NCBI RefSeq assembly: GCF_006345805.1
Contig: NC_043003.1
Location: 51,026,001-51,090,000, forward strand
Length of the DNA: 64,000 bases
Reading direction: 5' to 3'
Source of the DNA: Octopus sinensis
Taxonomy: Eukaryota
Shown: piece after piece, positions 26,876 through 40,460 of the stretch
Layout: each line of letters opens with the position of its first letter
How positions within the stretch are numbered: position 1 is the first letter of the stretch
Notes under the pieces: generated by a model
Seen by the model: the letters and a program-made list of their open reading frames with translations, nothing else
The model's database searches: none
Told to the model about the DNA's origin: nothing
Made by a program: the position numbers and the translations under genes

Positions 26876-27277
26876 GTGTCTGTGTCTGTGTATGTTTGTG
26901 CATCGGTGAAAACTATATTTGTGAGATATCCCGATAAACCGGTGCAGCGAACCAAAATATTTTCAGGTTATCTCAAACAGATACTGCTTTTGTCACTCGT
27001 GCAAATAAAATGAACCAGATTGTTGGAAATCTGTAATCAGCGATGCTATTGTTCATAAAAATATATGAAGAAATTTTCGAAAATACTTTTAATAAATACC
27101 AGACATATATTATACTGGGACCTATTAAACCAACCATACTTACTTGTCTATACATTTGTGGGACTGCGACGAAATCAAGGGAAGCAATGTGATCGTTAAC
27201 ATTTGTCTTTATTTTTTTATGGAACGCCCCTGTAATTTATATGTAAGAGGTGTCTCGTAAAAGCCACCTCTTGCTCA

Positions 27278-27322
<45 letters not shown>

Positions 27323-27429
27323 AAAGTGTTAGATGAGTATTGTGTGATAACAAGAAAAAGAAGTCATTAGTCTTGCAATGCCTAAACGAAACATACATAC
27401 ATACATGTTTATATATATATATATATATA

Positions 27430-27484
<55 letters not shown>

Positions 27485-27614
27485 TATATATTATATATCA
27501 ATATATGCATATATACACACATATATGTCCATACCTACATATATATGTATATATACATGCATATATGGGTACAGGACATCAAAAAAAGGTTGAACACAGT
27601 GAGAAACGAATATA

Positions 27615-27680
<66 letters not shown>

Positions 27681-28494
27681 GTATTATGTATGTATGTATG
27701 TATGCATGTATGTATGTATGTATGTATGTATTATGTATGTATGTATATATGTATGTATGTATGTATGTAGTGCAGATTGTGTTGGGAGTGTCTTAAGAAG
27801 AGAAAGAAGCATGTTTCGGGTAGTGACAGAGAAATAATTATTTCAGTGTCTGCGAAGAAATGTTCTGTCCGAAACGTTAGGACTTCTGTCTACTTGTAAC
27901 ACACAAACACTTTCCACATGTTTACATATTTTTGTTCTCTGAACAAATACCCACCACACCCACACTCTTTCACTTTCTCTCTCTCTCTCTCTCACCCCCT
28001 CTCTCTCTTTCTCTCTCTCTCTCTCTTATCCATTCTCTATTTATCTATCCATCTAAGTAGGTTTCAAACTATTAATTTCACGAAATAGTATTTTGTTGCA
28101 TTAAAACAAAAACACATCGTGATAATATGCGATGTTTACATTAACGAAAGGCAGGGTAAAAAGTAGACAGATGGAAAGAAAGCAGGAATTTTTTTAACGT
28201 TCCTATTTTTTGCTGGTTTCTTTTTCATTTTATTTTTTTGTCGATTTATTGATATCCTTTACTAAATCATCAGCTTTTAAGTTAAACACACAACAAATAT
28301 GAGAGCCGACGTGACTTTAAGGCAAATTTCTTAAAACAAAACGGAACACATTTACACAGTAACGAATAAAACAAGTGAAGTGTTATTTGCTAATATAAAT
28401 AAATATATACTGATTTCAACTAGTTGTCGGAATATCTGAGAGGTTACAGAGAATTTTACAAAACAACTGTCAATAATAACAACAACAGCAACAG

Positions 28495-28680
28495 TGGAGG
28501 CGCAATAGCCCAGTAGTTAGGGCAGCGGAGTCGCGGTCGTAAGAACGCGGTTTCGATTCCCAGACCGGGCATTGTGAGTGTCTATTGAGCAAAAACACCT
28601 AAGCTCCACAAGTACATCGACTTAACCCCTCCCTAAAAATTTCAGGTCTTGTGCCTATAGTAGAAAGGAATATTATTATT
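28495..28680 (+). mobile_element. Chimeric SINE: family B head joined to family C tail
   Basis: GGAGGCGCAATAGCCCAG...AAAACACCTAAGCTCCAC followed directly by ATCGACTTAACCCC...CTTGTGCCTATAGTAGAAAGG and (ATT)n. Confidence 0.7.
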
Positions 28681-28689
28681 ACTATTATT

Positions 28690-29238
28690 ATCGATTGAGA
28701 GAGTAGCACATCCCACCAAAGTGACACTGGAGTACAATTATACGAAGCCCAATATACCCATCATGACTACACGTCTGATAAGGGTACATTTGGCACATGC
28801 ATCACAACCACATGTGCACAACATGGTGATCTTATATCAAGTTAAACAGCGCATGACCTCGCATGTGGGGCCCACTTAGAATTTTCTTGAAGTTGTGTAG
28901 TCCTTCCCGCTTAGAAGGACACTGAATAAGGTTTATTTAAGGATAATGAACGAAACACCCCCGTTTCCAAAGGTGAGTTTATTCAAACACCAAAGAATTC
29001 CTCTCAACACATTGATATGATGTTCCTCCACTACTTCTGCTCATGATCAGAGATGCATATATCGTCAGCCACCAAGGGACATGCTCAACTGGTTACGGTC
29101 AAACAACTGACAAGCAAAACTGTGGTATTGAGCAGAATATTTACTGTAGCCCATCTCTTAAACCAAGACAAAACAATGTACATTACTTCTAATCAGTTAA
29201 GATCAGAAGGCATGAGAGCCAGTGCCTGATACTGCATA
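28690..29238 (-). mobile_element. Probable interspersed repeat with an (AAT)n tail, class unassigned
   Basis: Complex, higher-GC block between SINEs ending in an AAT-repeat tail. Single copy in this window, so repeat status is inferred. Confidence 0.35.
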
Positions 29239-29246
29239 CTATTAAA

Positions 29247-29990
<744 letters not shown>

Positions 29991-30106
29991 AATCCCAAAA
30001 TGGAGGTTATGTTATGACATGTATTCCTTCATTACAATCTTTTCAACAATACATGGTTCAGACACAACATGAATATAAATAATTACGTAATATGTGAGCC
30101 ATGGTC

Positions 30107-30153
<47 letters not shown>

Positions 30154-30841
30154 TGTTGACTTGTGTGAAAATGATACGATAACAATAAAAATTTCCAAAC
30201 GAATCTGGGTTCAGGGAAACGATTAGTTGTCGATTCCCATTTCTTGCGATTTCATTTCAATTAATTGCTAAATACTAATAAAAAATACATAAACGTCTCA
30301 TATCCGTACCAACACTTCCTCTAAAATATGGAATCTACTTCATATAAATAACAAATGCTGTAAAACAATACAAATACTCAAAATCAGTTTAATCTATGAT
30401 CCAATTCCTACTAATGCCTATAGGAAAGGATGAAATTATGAAATTCACATTTATTCAATGCTTCAGTTTTCTATCGTGCGCGCATGAGTATGTAGCTTTT
30501 CCTTTGTGAATGAAAAGTATGTGGTGTATACTTACGATATGTTAAATTGTTTTTTAAAATTGTTATTATATGATTGAACGCACGCGTCGTTTTCTTCATC
30601 CAAGTAAGTTTTTTATATATATATATATATATATTTAAATAGGTGAATGAATTATCCTATGTTTATCTTCAGCATGGAAAATTAGTTTAACCGAAACCTG
30701 GGTAGCAAATTCACGTCAGAAACACGGTTGAAGCGACCTGTCCAAGGGTAGGAACTCCGGGTTCATGTGCAGAAATTTGTGTGTTGTATATGAATAAATT
30801 AAATAATGGAGTCGAACGAAGATGTTAACAAAATTCCTTTA

Positions 30842-30923
30842 CTCTCGACATATGTTTCGAAGACAACATGTTTTCATTCCAAAGGAATAAAGGGTGCATT
30901 ATGCAATCTTCTCATCAGGAAAG
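30842..30923 (-). ncRNA. Type I hammerhead ribozyme, intact core
   Basis: CUUUC-CUGAUGA-GAAGA...UCUUC-GAAAC-AUAU-GUC-GAGAG, with palindromic stem III ACAUAUGU. Confidence 0.8.
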
Positions 30924-31700
30924 AAAGGGAGCCTCTCTCGACAACAAGACAAACAAAAATTTCGATGACTGCCTACATGGTAAACAAAACGATAATGAGT
31001 GTTTTTTTTTTTAAAAACCGTTAGAAGAATTGACGTCAAAGATAGATAGTAGGAAGAGAAGGGTTAAAGGAATAATAGGTAGGGAACAAGTGGAGAGGGA
31101 AGGGTACGTTGATTGAAAGAATGTTCGAAGGCTTAGGAAAGAATTTCGCTATTGAAGTGGGGTGGACGTAAAGCTAATTGTTCAAACCACAGTGACTATC
31201 GTTATCATTTATATGAGTAGAAAGTATGTTTCTGCCAGTGTTTACATTTGTATGATTTTTCTATGAGTTTACTAGGGGGACCTTAGAGAAGAGAATATGG
31301 AAGAGTTCGGAGTTCAGAGTTCCATATTCTCTTCTCTAAGGTTCCCCTAGTAAACACACTCATAGAAAAATCATACAAATGTAAACACTGGCAGAAACAT
31401 ACTTTCTACTCATATAAATGATAACGATAGTCACTGTGGTTTGAACAATTAGCTTTACGTCCACCCCACTTCAATAGTGAAATTCTTTCCTTAGCCTTCG
31501 AACATTCTTTCAATCAACGTACCCTTCCCTCTCCACTTGTTCCCTACCTATTATTCCTTTAACCCTTCTCTTCCTACTATCTATCTTTGACATCAATTCT
31601 TCTAACGGTTTTTTTAGAAAAACACTCATTATCGTTTTGTTTACCATGTAGGCAGTCATCGAAATTTTTGTTTGTCTTGTTGTCGAGAGAGGTTCCCTTT

Positions 31701-31777
31701 CTTTCCTGATGAGAAGATTGCATAATGCACCCTTTATTCCTTTGGAATGAAAACATGTCTTCGAAACATGTCGAGAG
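31701..31777 (+). ncRNA. Type I hammerhead ribozyme, intact core
   Basis: CUUUC-CUGAUGA-GAAGA...UCUUC-GAAAC-AU-GUC-GAGAG, with palindromic stem III ACAUGU. Predicted cleavage after C31772. Confidence 0.8.
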
Positions 31778-32123
31778 TAAAGGAATTTTGTTAACATCTT
31801 CGTTCGACTCCATTCTTTCATTTATTCATATATATATATATATATATATATATAAATTAGAGAAGAACCACCCTTTATCAATTCAACGAGCAAATAACAA
31901 TGATATAATTAAATTATACCATATAGAAAAAAAATTAAATATACGATAAAACATATACCAATGATTAAGTAAAGTACAAAATAACATATATATATATATA
32001 AGAGGTAATGGTGTCATTGAGACACAAAACGTGTCGGGTAATGCTGAATAAGTGCTATAGACAGACCATAGTTTAGTTCAAGGTTCGGTGATTTTGCGAA
32101 TATGACCCACGTTGAACCCGCCA

Positions 32124-32198
<75 letters not shown>

Positions 32199-32545
32199 AT
32201 ATATAATATGGACAGCAGTCTGCAATGTTTCATCAAAAGGAAAACTATAAGTGTCACTAAATGTGACTAGGGGGTTAGAGACACCTATATTGCTAGAAAT
32301 AAGAGCTAAAATGCTCTAACGCTGTAGTCAAAGCACATAATTGTATACATATACATCGATGGGAACTACAATCGCCCGAAAAACACCGATCGAGACTTCC
32401 CTATACTGACCTATTAGTTTCGGCAATTTCCGCTACCTCATTAGTAAGGAGTGGCTCGACTTCGGTAGATTCTGGACTTAATTCTCCGTCAGTATAAATG
32501 TTTTCACCATAAAAATCTAACGATAATTTAGCGACATTAGATGGG

Positions 32546-32870
32546 AGAACCCCTTCGGCCATGAATGACCATGGGATTGCACCTAGAAAGTTACCCTCCG
32601 AGGTACAAGTCCGGGCAAGGTTGTTTATGGAAGGCCAGCAGTCGCCCATGCATGCCAGCCTCCCCTCTCCACACCACTGATGTTATCCAAGGGAAAGGCA
32701 ACGGCCGATACAGCTTGGCACCAGTGATGTCGCAACTCATTTCTACAGCTGAGTTAACTGGAGCAACTTGAAATAAAGTGTCTTGTTCAAGAACACAACA
32801 CCACAACACGCAACCCGGTCCGGGAATCGAACTCACAATCTCAAATCGTAAGCTCAACGTTCTAATCACT
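32546..32870 (-). mobile_element. tRNA-derived SINE family D
   Basis: Minus-strand head CAGTGATTAGAACG...GAGTTCGATTCCCGGAC, then CTTGAACAAGACACTTTATTTC. The tail differs from families A-C. Confidence 0.75.
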
Positions 32871-33159
32871 GATTAGATTATTTCTAGCAAAGTAAGTGTT
32901 TCTAACATCCTAGTCACATTTAATAATAATTACTGATATATACTAGTAGAATATCATATTTTAACATAGATCTTTCATTTCTATGAAACGGCTGGAAGGA
33001 AAGTATATAATAGGATACATAGATATACAACAGATGTGCCTACGGTTTTGACTTTCAAAACTACGTGTCCTGGCTTGAGTATCAGGAGTTTTCCTATGTA
33101 TGTGTGTGTGTGTGTATGTGTGTGTGTGTGTGTGTGTGTGTATGAATATATATATATGC

Positions 33160-33214
<55 letters not shown>

Positions 33215-33215
33215 T

Positions 33216-33376
33216 GCACAGGCGTGACAGGGTGGTAAGAGACTTACTTCCCAACCACATGGTTCCGGGTTCAGTCCCACTGCGTGACACCTTCGGCAAG
33301 TGTTTACTACTATAGCCTCGGGCTGACCAGAGCCTTGTGAGTAGATTTGGTAGACGGAAACTGACAGAAACCCGTC

Positions 33377-33380
<4 letters not shown>
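33216..33380 (+). mobile_element. SINE family A, 5' half
   Basis: CCACATGGTTCCGGGTTCAGTCCCACTGCGTG...GGTAGACGGAAACTG. Confidence 0.88.
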
Positions 33381-33413
<33 letters not shown>

Positions 33414-33479
33414 CATACACGTGTACATACATATATATATATTTATATTTGTTTATATGTATACATATATATACACATG

Positions 33480-33517
<38 letters not shown>

Positions 33518-33543
33518 TGTATGTGTGTGTGTGTGTGTGTGAG

Positions 33544-33579
<36 letters not shown>

Positions 33580-34811
33580 CTTCCGTCAACGAAAATGATG
33601 TCCGTCTTTATTTGTAGATTCTTATGATCTTAGACTAACAACTACAGCAGCATAAAAGTTTGAGACAACTGACTAATTTAGAGATAAAATAAGATTAACG
33701 ATAAGCTAGAGCGTAGATTTCTAAGAGAAGACTCCGGGTATTTTTCCCTAATCATTCACTATCTCTCAGTGACGCCTCCACTCCGCACCACTCCGAATAC
33801 TTGTGTTCAATGAATTCCAAAGCTACATCAACACAGACGCGTTTGCGACATTCAGAATGCTTTGGACGAGATAAGATAGATATAAAAGCTAAGTGATGAT
33901 CATCATCATCATTATTGGTATCGTCACAATCATTACCGTCAGCCTGGTTGTTATCTTGGCTACGTAAGCCATTGCTACTGCTAAGCCACCCGTGGCAGAG
34001 ATAAACAGCAGTGTACAGGAACACGTGTTTTAAGCACGACTTTATCTGAACGTTTCTGGGACAGTTATTTATCGCAGTTTGCCTCTTTCGCATCTATATT
34101 AAAGGGGATGGTTCAGCGCTAAAGAAAACTACCAGAGGTGGGCGGTCATTCGTTTTCACCGGCGCCTCACGACATTTATCAACTTCATTATCGTTTTTTT
34201 TTTGTTTTTTTTTTCATTCATTTATTCGTTCTTTTTGTTGCATTCGTTAATTCTTCAATTTTCTCTTTCGTATGCTGACTCTACCACAACCCCATCTTTA
34301 ATCATATGAATTACTCTTGGTTGGGTTTTATTTTTTGTTCATATTTTTTTTCCGAAAAATAAGAAGGCTTGTGGAGAATGTTACTACAGATGTTATTGCT
34401 GATAAGAATATACATTAACCAAATTTAAAGCCATAGTATTCGGTGACCTAGCAACCCTTAAGTTTTATTGTAAAATTGGGTTTCGTTTAGATTTCGTTTA
34501 AGACGCAGGATAAAGTATATTCAGCGTTAAAGGTAAGATCTTAGTGAATCAAACCCTGGAGTTTTAATTACTTGTTGCAATATTTTGCTGCAACTAACTA
34601 ATGTCTTGAAGAAAGAATCATAAATGCAAATGGCTTTTATTCTATGAAGTTAGTACTCTAAAAATTCTGCTTCTTGCAGCTTCCGCTCAACAGCAAAACT
34701 AAGAATTTCTCTTATTTGGATTTTCAAATTTATAAAAGCTCCGCATAACAGAAAATATCCACAACGATGATTAATATTCTTTAAAAATAAAGAGAAACAA
34801 GTCAGTCTTAC

Positions 34812-34986
34812 CTGAATGAATACCTATTCTCAGCTTCAGGACTTCTTTAGGGCGGTGCTTCACAACAAAAGTACTAACTTTCTGCAACAATTGAAGAGAC
34901 ATCCGTCCTATTTCTCCGGCATGTTTTTTGCCGTTACGTATAGGCAAACCAGACGCCACCATATAAGCATCTCCAATCGTTTCAAC
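34812..34986 (-). CDS. Internal coding exon (175 bp, phase 0 to 1) of a receptor-type guanylate cyclase catalytic domain
   Basis: Encodes [58 protein letters not shown]+G. Acceptor CTCTACCAG, donor GTAAGA. The E in KVET marks GTP specificity. Size matches the 175-bp exon I recall in vertebrate NPR1/NPR2. Confidence 0.96.
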
Positions 34987-35089
34987 CTGGTAGAGAATCG
35001 ATATATTTTTATTCATAAATATCATGCATATACAATAGTATGTTTCTAAGATGAGGAATTTATATATTATGTATTCTCTCTCTTCTCTT

Positions 35090-35380
35090 CGCCCCTTTTC
35101 AAGCCTAGCCAGGCTCATGGACCCGGTTTCCCGGTTTCTGTGGCGTATGTGTTCCCCCAGGTGGACGGGACGCCAGTTAATCGCAGCGTTACTCAAGAAA
35201 CAGGAAGAGAAAGTTGTGGCGAAAGAATACAACAGGGGTCGCCACCACCCTCTACCGGAGCCTCGTGGAGCTTTTAGGTGTTTTCGCTCAATAAACACAC
35301 ACAACGCCCGGTCTGGGAATCGAAACCGCAATCCTCCGACCGCAAGTCCGCTGCCCTAACCACTGGGCCATTGCGCCTCC
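35090..35380 (-). mobile_element. SINE family B, near full length
   Basis: GGAGGCGCAATGGCCCAGTGGTTAGGGCAGCGGACTTGCGG head. Homologous to 7399-7699. Confidence 0.9.
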
Positions 35381-35485
35381 ACATATTATGTATTAGTCAG
35401 AGTAATGTCCTCGGCGTGAGCGTTGCTTTTTCAGTTGTGTACACTTCAGTCTCCTTTGTGTGTCTTAAAATTCCTCTTCATGCCT

Positions 35486-35529
35486 CGCTTGAAAAAGGCT
35501 GGAGCATACACAGCCGAAACGTAGAAGCG
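35486..35529 (+). ncRNA. Variant minimal hammerhead motif
   Basis: CGCUU-GAAAAA-GGCUG...CAGCC-GAAAC-GUA-GAAGCG. Stems are present but the CUGANGA core is non-canonical. Confidence 0.45.
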
Positions 35530-35999
35530 GCAATCAAGATGAGGACACTACTCCGACAAATACGTAAAATGTCATATATATATATATATATATATATATG
35601 TTGCAGCGTTCTTAAAACACACACACATACACATATATCGTAGGATATGTAAGTAGCAAATAGATCACTGTGATATTCGAAGACTAGTAACGAAGCTGTT
35701 TGATCTACTGGGATACCTATCCGTTAAAATACAGAGGAAGTGGACGAGTTTCTACAGACATGCTTTCTGAGTACAATCTTCAGGTACTGCCAACATGACG
35801 CAATGTGTCAAGGTTGGGCCTTTGAATTACATGTGCAATATACATACGCATAGATACAGACAGAGACATATACGTACACATATACAACTGCATATAAATA
35901 TATGTATACTACATGTACATAAATACACACACACACATATATACATGTGTGTGCGTATGTGTGTATGTGTGTACACGTAATAATAACCAATCATAAACT

Positions 36000-36920
36000 A
36001 CAATGAGAACCTCTCAAACGGTCCAATCAAGGCTCTTTTTTCTTCAACGAGAGTACTTTTTTACCCCTTAAGCTAGTCCGAGAAATGACCAGAGTCTTTG
36101 AGAAAGGAAAAATGGGAAGAGTGAATCCATATAAAGAAAATAAGCTTAAATGTGTTTTTGGATAAACAAATGGAGGAAAAGTACTCAATACTTGCAAGAG
36201 AGTATATATTCGTTCGAGCTGACAAACAGATAAATGGAAGAACTTAACTGTTCACATGGATTTGGGTTTAATTGGTCGGCTATCATCAGAGGATAAGGCA
36301 TCTGACATTGGATAATCAGTGGGTGAAGTTAATAAGATTTGTACAGTAAATATTAATCTGCTTCTCATTTGCACAGGAGGAAACCTCATATAGTGAAGTA
36401 GTCACTGTAATGTTATGGAGAAGATAATTACTACTGTCTAGTATTGCCAGCTATCTTTAAGTGAAATTCTTTTTGGACGATATTAGAAATGCTTACTTGG
36501 TTTGCATTTGAAAGTTTTCACGAAGTAATTGTTCCTATGCCTCTACGTAGACAATATTTCGGATTTCATGTTAAACATAATGAAAATTTGAATCAATATA
36601 CAGTATTTCTTTGTGAAACCCACGTGGCATTTCTGAACCATTTAAACATATGGTTCCATTTTCAATGATATGCAAGCTTTGGAGTTTTGTCAAGTCTGCT
36701 TTCCTTCAAATTCCAGATACAGTGAGAAATAGCAGTTGATTCTATTTCCGGTTCCAAAGGTGTGAGTGTAATGCATGAATTTCTCTTCAGTATATTTTCT
36801 GTGATGTTAATGCTGTACCTCTACAGTTGTTATCTTTGCTCTACACATTAATCCCTTTGTGAAGCTGTGAAGCACTTGCCTTACATTTCCACGTGTAGTT
36901 TCTATTTTCTTTTTGTAACA
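36000..36920 (-). mobile_element. Penelope-like element 3' remnant (endonuclease C-terminus plus pseudo-LTR with decayed hammerhead)
   Basis: Minus translation FNMKSEILST*RHRNNYFVK resembles the PLE terminal LNKRSE...CRH.NK.LL. CUGAUGA-UAGCCGAC...GUCAGCU-CGAAC lies at ~36210-36290. Confidence 0.65.
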
Positions 36921-36926
36921 TATTTC

Positions 36927-36969
<43 letters not shown>

Positions 36970-36979
<10 letters not shown>

Positions 36980-37032
36980 TATTAGAGACAAAACCACTAT
37001 TTTAGTGGTTTTGTCTCTAATAATATTTTATA
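36970..37032. repeat. Perfect 30-bp inverted repeat with a 3-nt loop
   Basis: TATAAAATATTATTAGAGACAAAACCACTA-TTT-TAGTGGTTTTGTCTCTAATAATATTTTATA. Confidence 0.92.
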
Positions 37033-37126
37033 ATATTTTACTATAAAATTGGATTTAATCCTAAATCTGATTTTTTCCCTGTAAATTTGGATTTATTCCC
37101 TAATATTTATTATTATATATATATAT

Positions 37127-37183
<57 letters not shown>

Positions 37184-37420
37184 TGAAACCATAGCGACTG
37201 AAGAAGGGGTTTTTTCTTTGTGTTAATTGTCCTGTACTCCATTTTTTGTTGTTTTTAAAAACAATGTCCAGTTCCTTTGGTTTGTGTCTATGTTTTCGTT
37301 TCTCATTGTGTTCGACGTCTTTTTGGTGTCCTGTACTCATATATGCGTGTATATGTACATGTAGAGCTAGGTACGTACATATATGTTTATATATATGCAT
37401 ATGTTTTATTTCATTTATTA

Positions 37421-37489
<69 letters not shown>

Positions 37490-37492
<3 letters not shown>

Positions 37493-38275
37493 TCTCTCTC
37501 TCACTTTTACTTGATCTGTCCCCTTCTCTCTCTTTTCTCTCTACTCATCCTCTTTTTCTCTTCTCTTTCCTCTGATTCTTTGGTCTACTCTTCCCCTACC
37601 CTTCCATTTCTTTGTCTCGCTTTGCACTCACAGGTCAATCTTCGACACCCATCCCTTCTCCTCTCTGATTCCTTCTTTCTCTCGCTTCTCTCCCCTTGTT
37701 GCGTTTGTCCCTCCTCTCTCTCTCTTCTCTCTCTCTCTTCCTTCCTTTGCTTCTCTTTCTTTTCTTTTCTCTCTTCTCTGTCACGTGACCGCTGGCCGAA
37801 ATCTGTCTCTCAGCTTCCGACTAGCGACGTGTTAACATCGTTGTTTTTCGTCCGCCGCCAAGGCATCGCCGATAAGGCTCCTTTCCAAAATGCGCCAGAG
37901 AAAATTTGTTTGCTTGTTATCAGTCGTAAGACACCTGTTGTTTTCACCGTTAATGCTTCTGTATTTCATGTTTCTGTATTCCATTATTGTTTTTTGCCTT
38001 TTATATTCGTCCTTTTTGCTGTCCCGGTGTTCGTATGCATTCGATCCTTCTTCCAGGAAATCTACGCTCCCAGCTTAGTTTTTCTAATGCTCGTTGCTTA
38101 GTTTTTCTTGGAGGGCTGGCCGGATCTAGTAATCTCAAGATTAATCAGCCGAAATTACTACGATGATCCGGTTCTTGACTGAAGACTGAGGGTTTCGAAT
38201 GTCCTGTCCGTGTTTATTGTATCGTCTTCTAAGAGTTATACGTTCTTGTCCATGTTGTATTTTTCTACATACCTT
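37490..38275 (+). mobile_element. CT-rich interspersed element in (TA)n, probably Penelope-like
   Basis: Its end (38200-38275) is the reverse complement of the short TA-embedded unit at 21280-21370. Confidence 0.45.
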
Positions 38276-39383
38276 AATATATATATATATATATATATGC
38301 AGTATGCAATTGCACTTTGGGTTAATGTGACATTTTCTGTTTGTATCATTTCAGTTGTAATTGGATAATTCAAGCACGATATTATTTAAGCAGCTTAAAT
38401 ATTATTCCTATTTCCTAACTTATGCATGTGCTACGGATTGTTTATTTATCAAGGAAGTGTTTATTTGTTAGGGAGAAACTTAAGTATAGATTATATTACT
38501 TCTACGTTCATATTAAATAATGTTTCTTTTACAATTTTGCCTAATTTATGGGGTATTTTCGCCATATTCTATTTATTGTAACCGCTTCTTATTATTTCTC
38601 TTTATATTAGAATGCGACTTCATTGGATGTTTCCAAAAGTCTATCATACTTTTAAAATTTCGTGTGTTAATTTTTAACTTATGGACTACTCCATATAGAT
38701 AATCATCGTATCAGTAGACATTCGGTTCAAATTCTAGAATTGTATTTATGGTACCCTTTGAGCTAACACCATCACAATTCTCTAGCTTTACTACGTATCA
38801 TTCATCATATCAGAAGGAATGGTACATTTATGGAATTTGTATTTATACAGAACTGAAATTATGATTAAGAGTATTAACAAGTTCTTTTGTATATTTCTGC
38901 AAATGTTTCCTTCGTTATTTTCCTTCCTTTTTCCTCATATTCTTTCCGTTAACGAGGAAAACTCCGCCAGCTAATTTCCTGACCGTTACACGTTTCGTTT
39001 TACTTCGCCTTATTTTAAACATGTTTTGCAGTGATGTGCGTAGATACGTATGTGTTCGTATAGGTAACAATGAGTATGTGTACATACAATGTGTTTTGTT
39101 AATTAACTCATTTATATGTTTAATATAATCCTGCTGAACCAGGTTTGCATTTCTTTCCGGTGTTTTTTATATATTTTTTTGTTTGTTTGTTTGTTTGTTT
39201 TTCTAATGCATTTTCTTTTTTTCTTTTTTTTCTTTTTTTTTGGTTTCCCGGGAACTTCAGTGCATCGATGAAAAAATACATTTCGGAAACTAGGTGTGTG
39301 ATGCAGCGCGCGCTCACGCACACATGTATTAAATCTAAAAGGTAAGATGTAATTCACGCTAACACATTGTTAATGATATATAA

Positions 39384-39420
<37 letters not shown>

Positions 39421-39806
39421 AAGATGTAAACCAGAATTGATTACCTTCATAAAAATAAATGTTGTTGTTTTTTTTCCTTTTTTTCTTTTTGTGTTTTGCC
39501 TGTTTTTAAAGGTTTCTTCAACTTTGCTACTCTGCTACAAATAGTCAATGTTAATTACAATCATTTAGGTTTTGCGGTACTCTATACCTAGCTTTAATAG
39601 CAACCCTCTACTTTAAAGCTTTTAATCGTAATCAATACTGCAAATTTTCAAAATATCACAGAGAGCCACGTATATCGTCTTTCCTACGCTACACACACAC
39701 ACACTCACACACACACACACACACGCTACAATAATTGTTACTGTTATTTTTATTAATATCTTAATTAGCGCTATTGGTATTATTATTATTATCATTATTA
39801 TTATTA

Positions 39807-39850
<44 letters not shown>

Positions 39851-40164
39851 TATTATTATTATGTCGTTTTGGCTCCTTGGAATATGTAAAGAATATGAAA
39901 TATCCTTTTGCATACCATATATGATAACAAGCTTTAATTGTAAGTGAAGAAGATGGTTCTCCGCATCACTTCAGTTTTGTATCAATTATAGGAATCTTGT
40001 ATAATTTATCACACATAATTAAATCACGTATAACGTATTTCGAAGCGGAATGCTACCAAAACAATTGTAACCGGTATTAATTTTATGTTATACTGATACA
40101 CCGACTCCAGTACTCGACTGGTAGTTATTTTATCGACCCCGAAAGGATGGAAGGCAAAGTTAAT

Positions 40165-40180
40165 AATAATGATGATGATG

Positions 40181-40235
<55 letters not shown>

Positions 40236-40460
40236 AATTATTGTATACAGTGCTCAGGTGCACCACAACTTGTCAAAAGTGCGTATAAAGCATATGCAGT
40301 AATGTACAAATGTCTGGGAAGTGAACAGTGTATGAGTCAGATACATGCTTGCGTGTGTATGGAGGGGGAAAAATCAGGTGTAGTGTTGGCGAATATCAGG
40401 AAACATGGAAGTTTTGAAGGATGCAGTGCTCCAACAGCTAACAACTGATGCCGGCAGTTT
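40165..40460 (-). mobile_element. CR1-like LINE 3' end with (ATT)n tail
   Basis: Minus translation KLPASVVSCWSTASFKTSM resembles the WN.LP..VV...S..SFK terminus. Followed by a UTR and trinucleotide tail. Confidence 0.65.

Larger units (their letters stand above)
30787..31832. repeat. ~1-kb palindrome (~515-bp arms, 17-bp spacer), Penelope-like inverted terminus
   Basis: 30787-31302 is the reverse complement of 31320-31832 apart from a few substitutions and indels. Mirror ORFs MESNEDVNKIPLL appear on both strands. Spacer is 31303-31319. Confidence 0.95.

Noticed and set aside
37277-38101. 274-aa hydrophobic ORF
   Set aside because: It spans TA and CT low-complexity tracts and repeat fragments, with no domain motif.
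38110-38205. CTGAAGA and GAAAC words near a nested hairpin
   Set aside because: I could not assemble stems I-III in hammerhead order on either strand.
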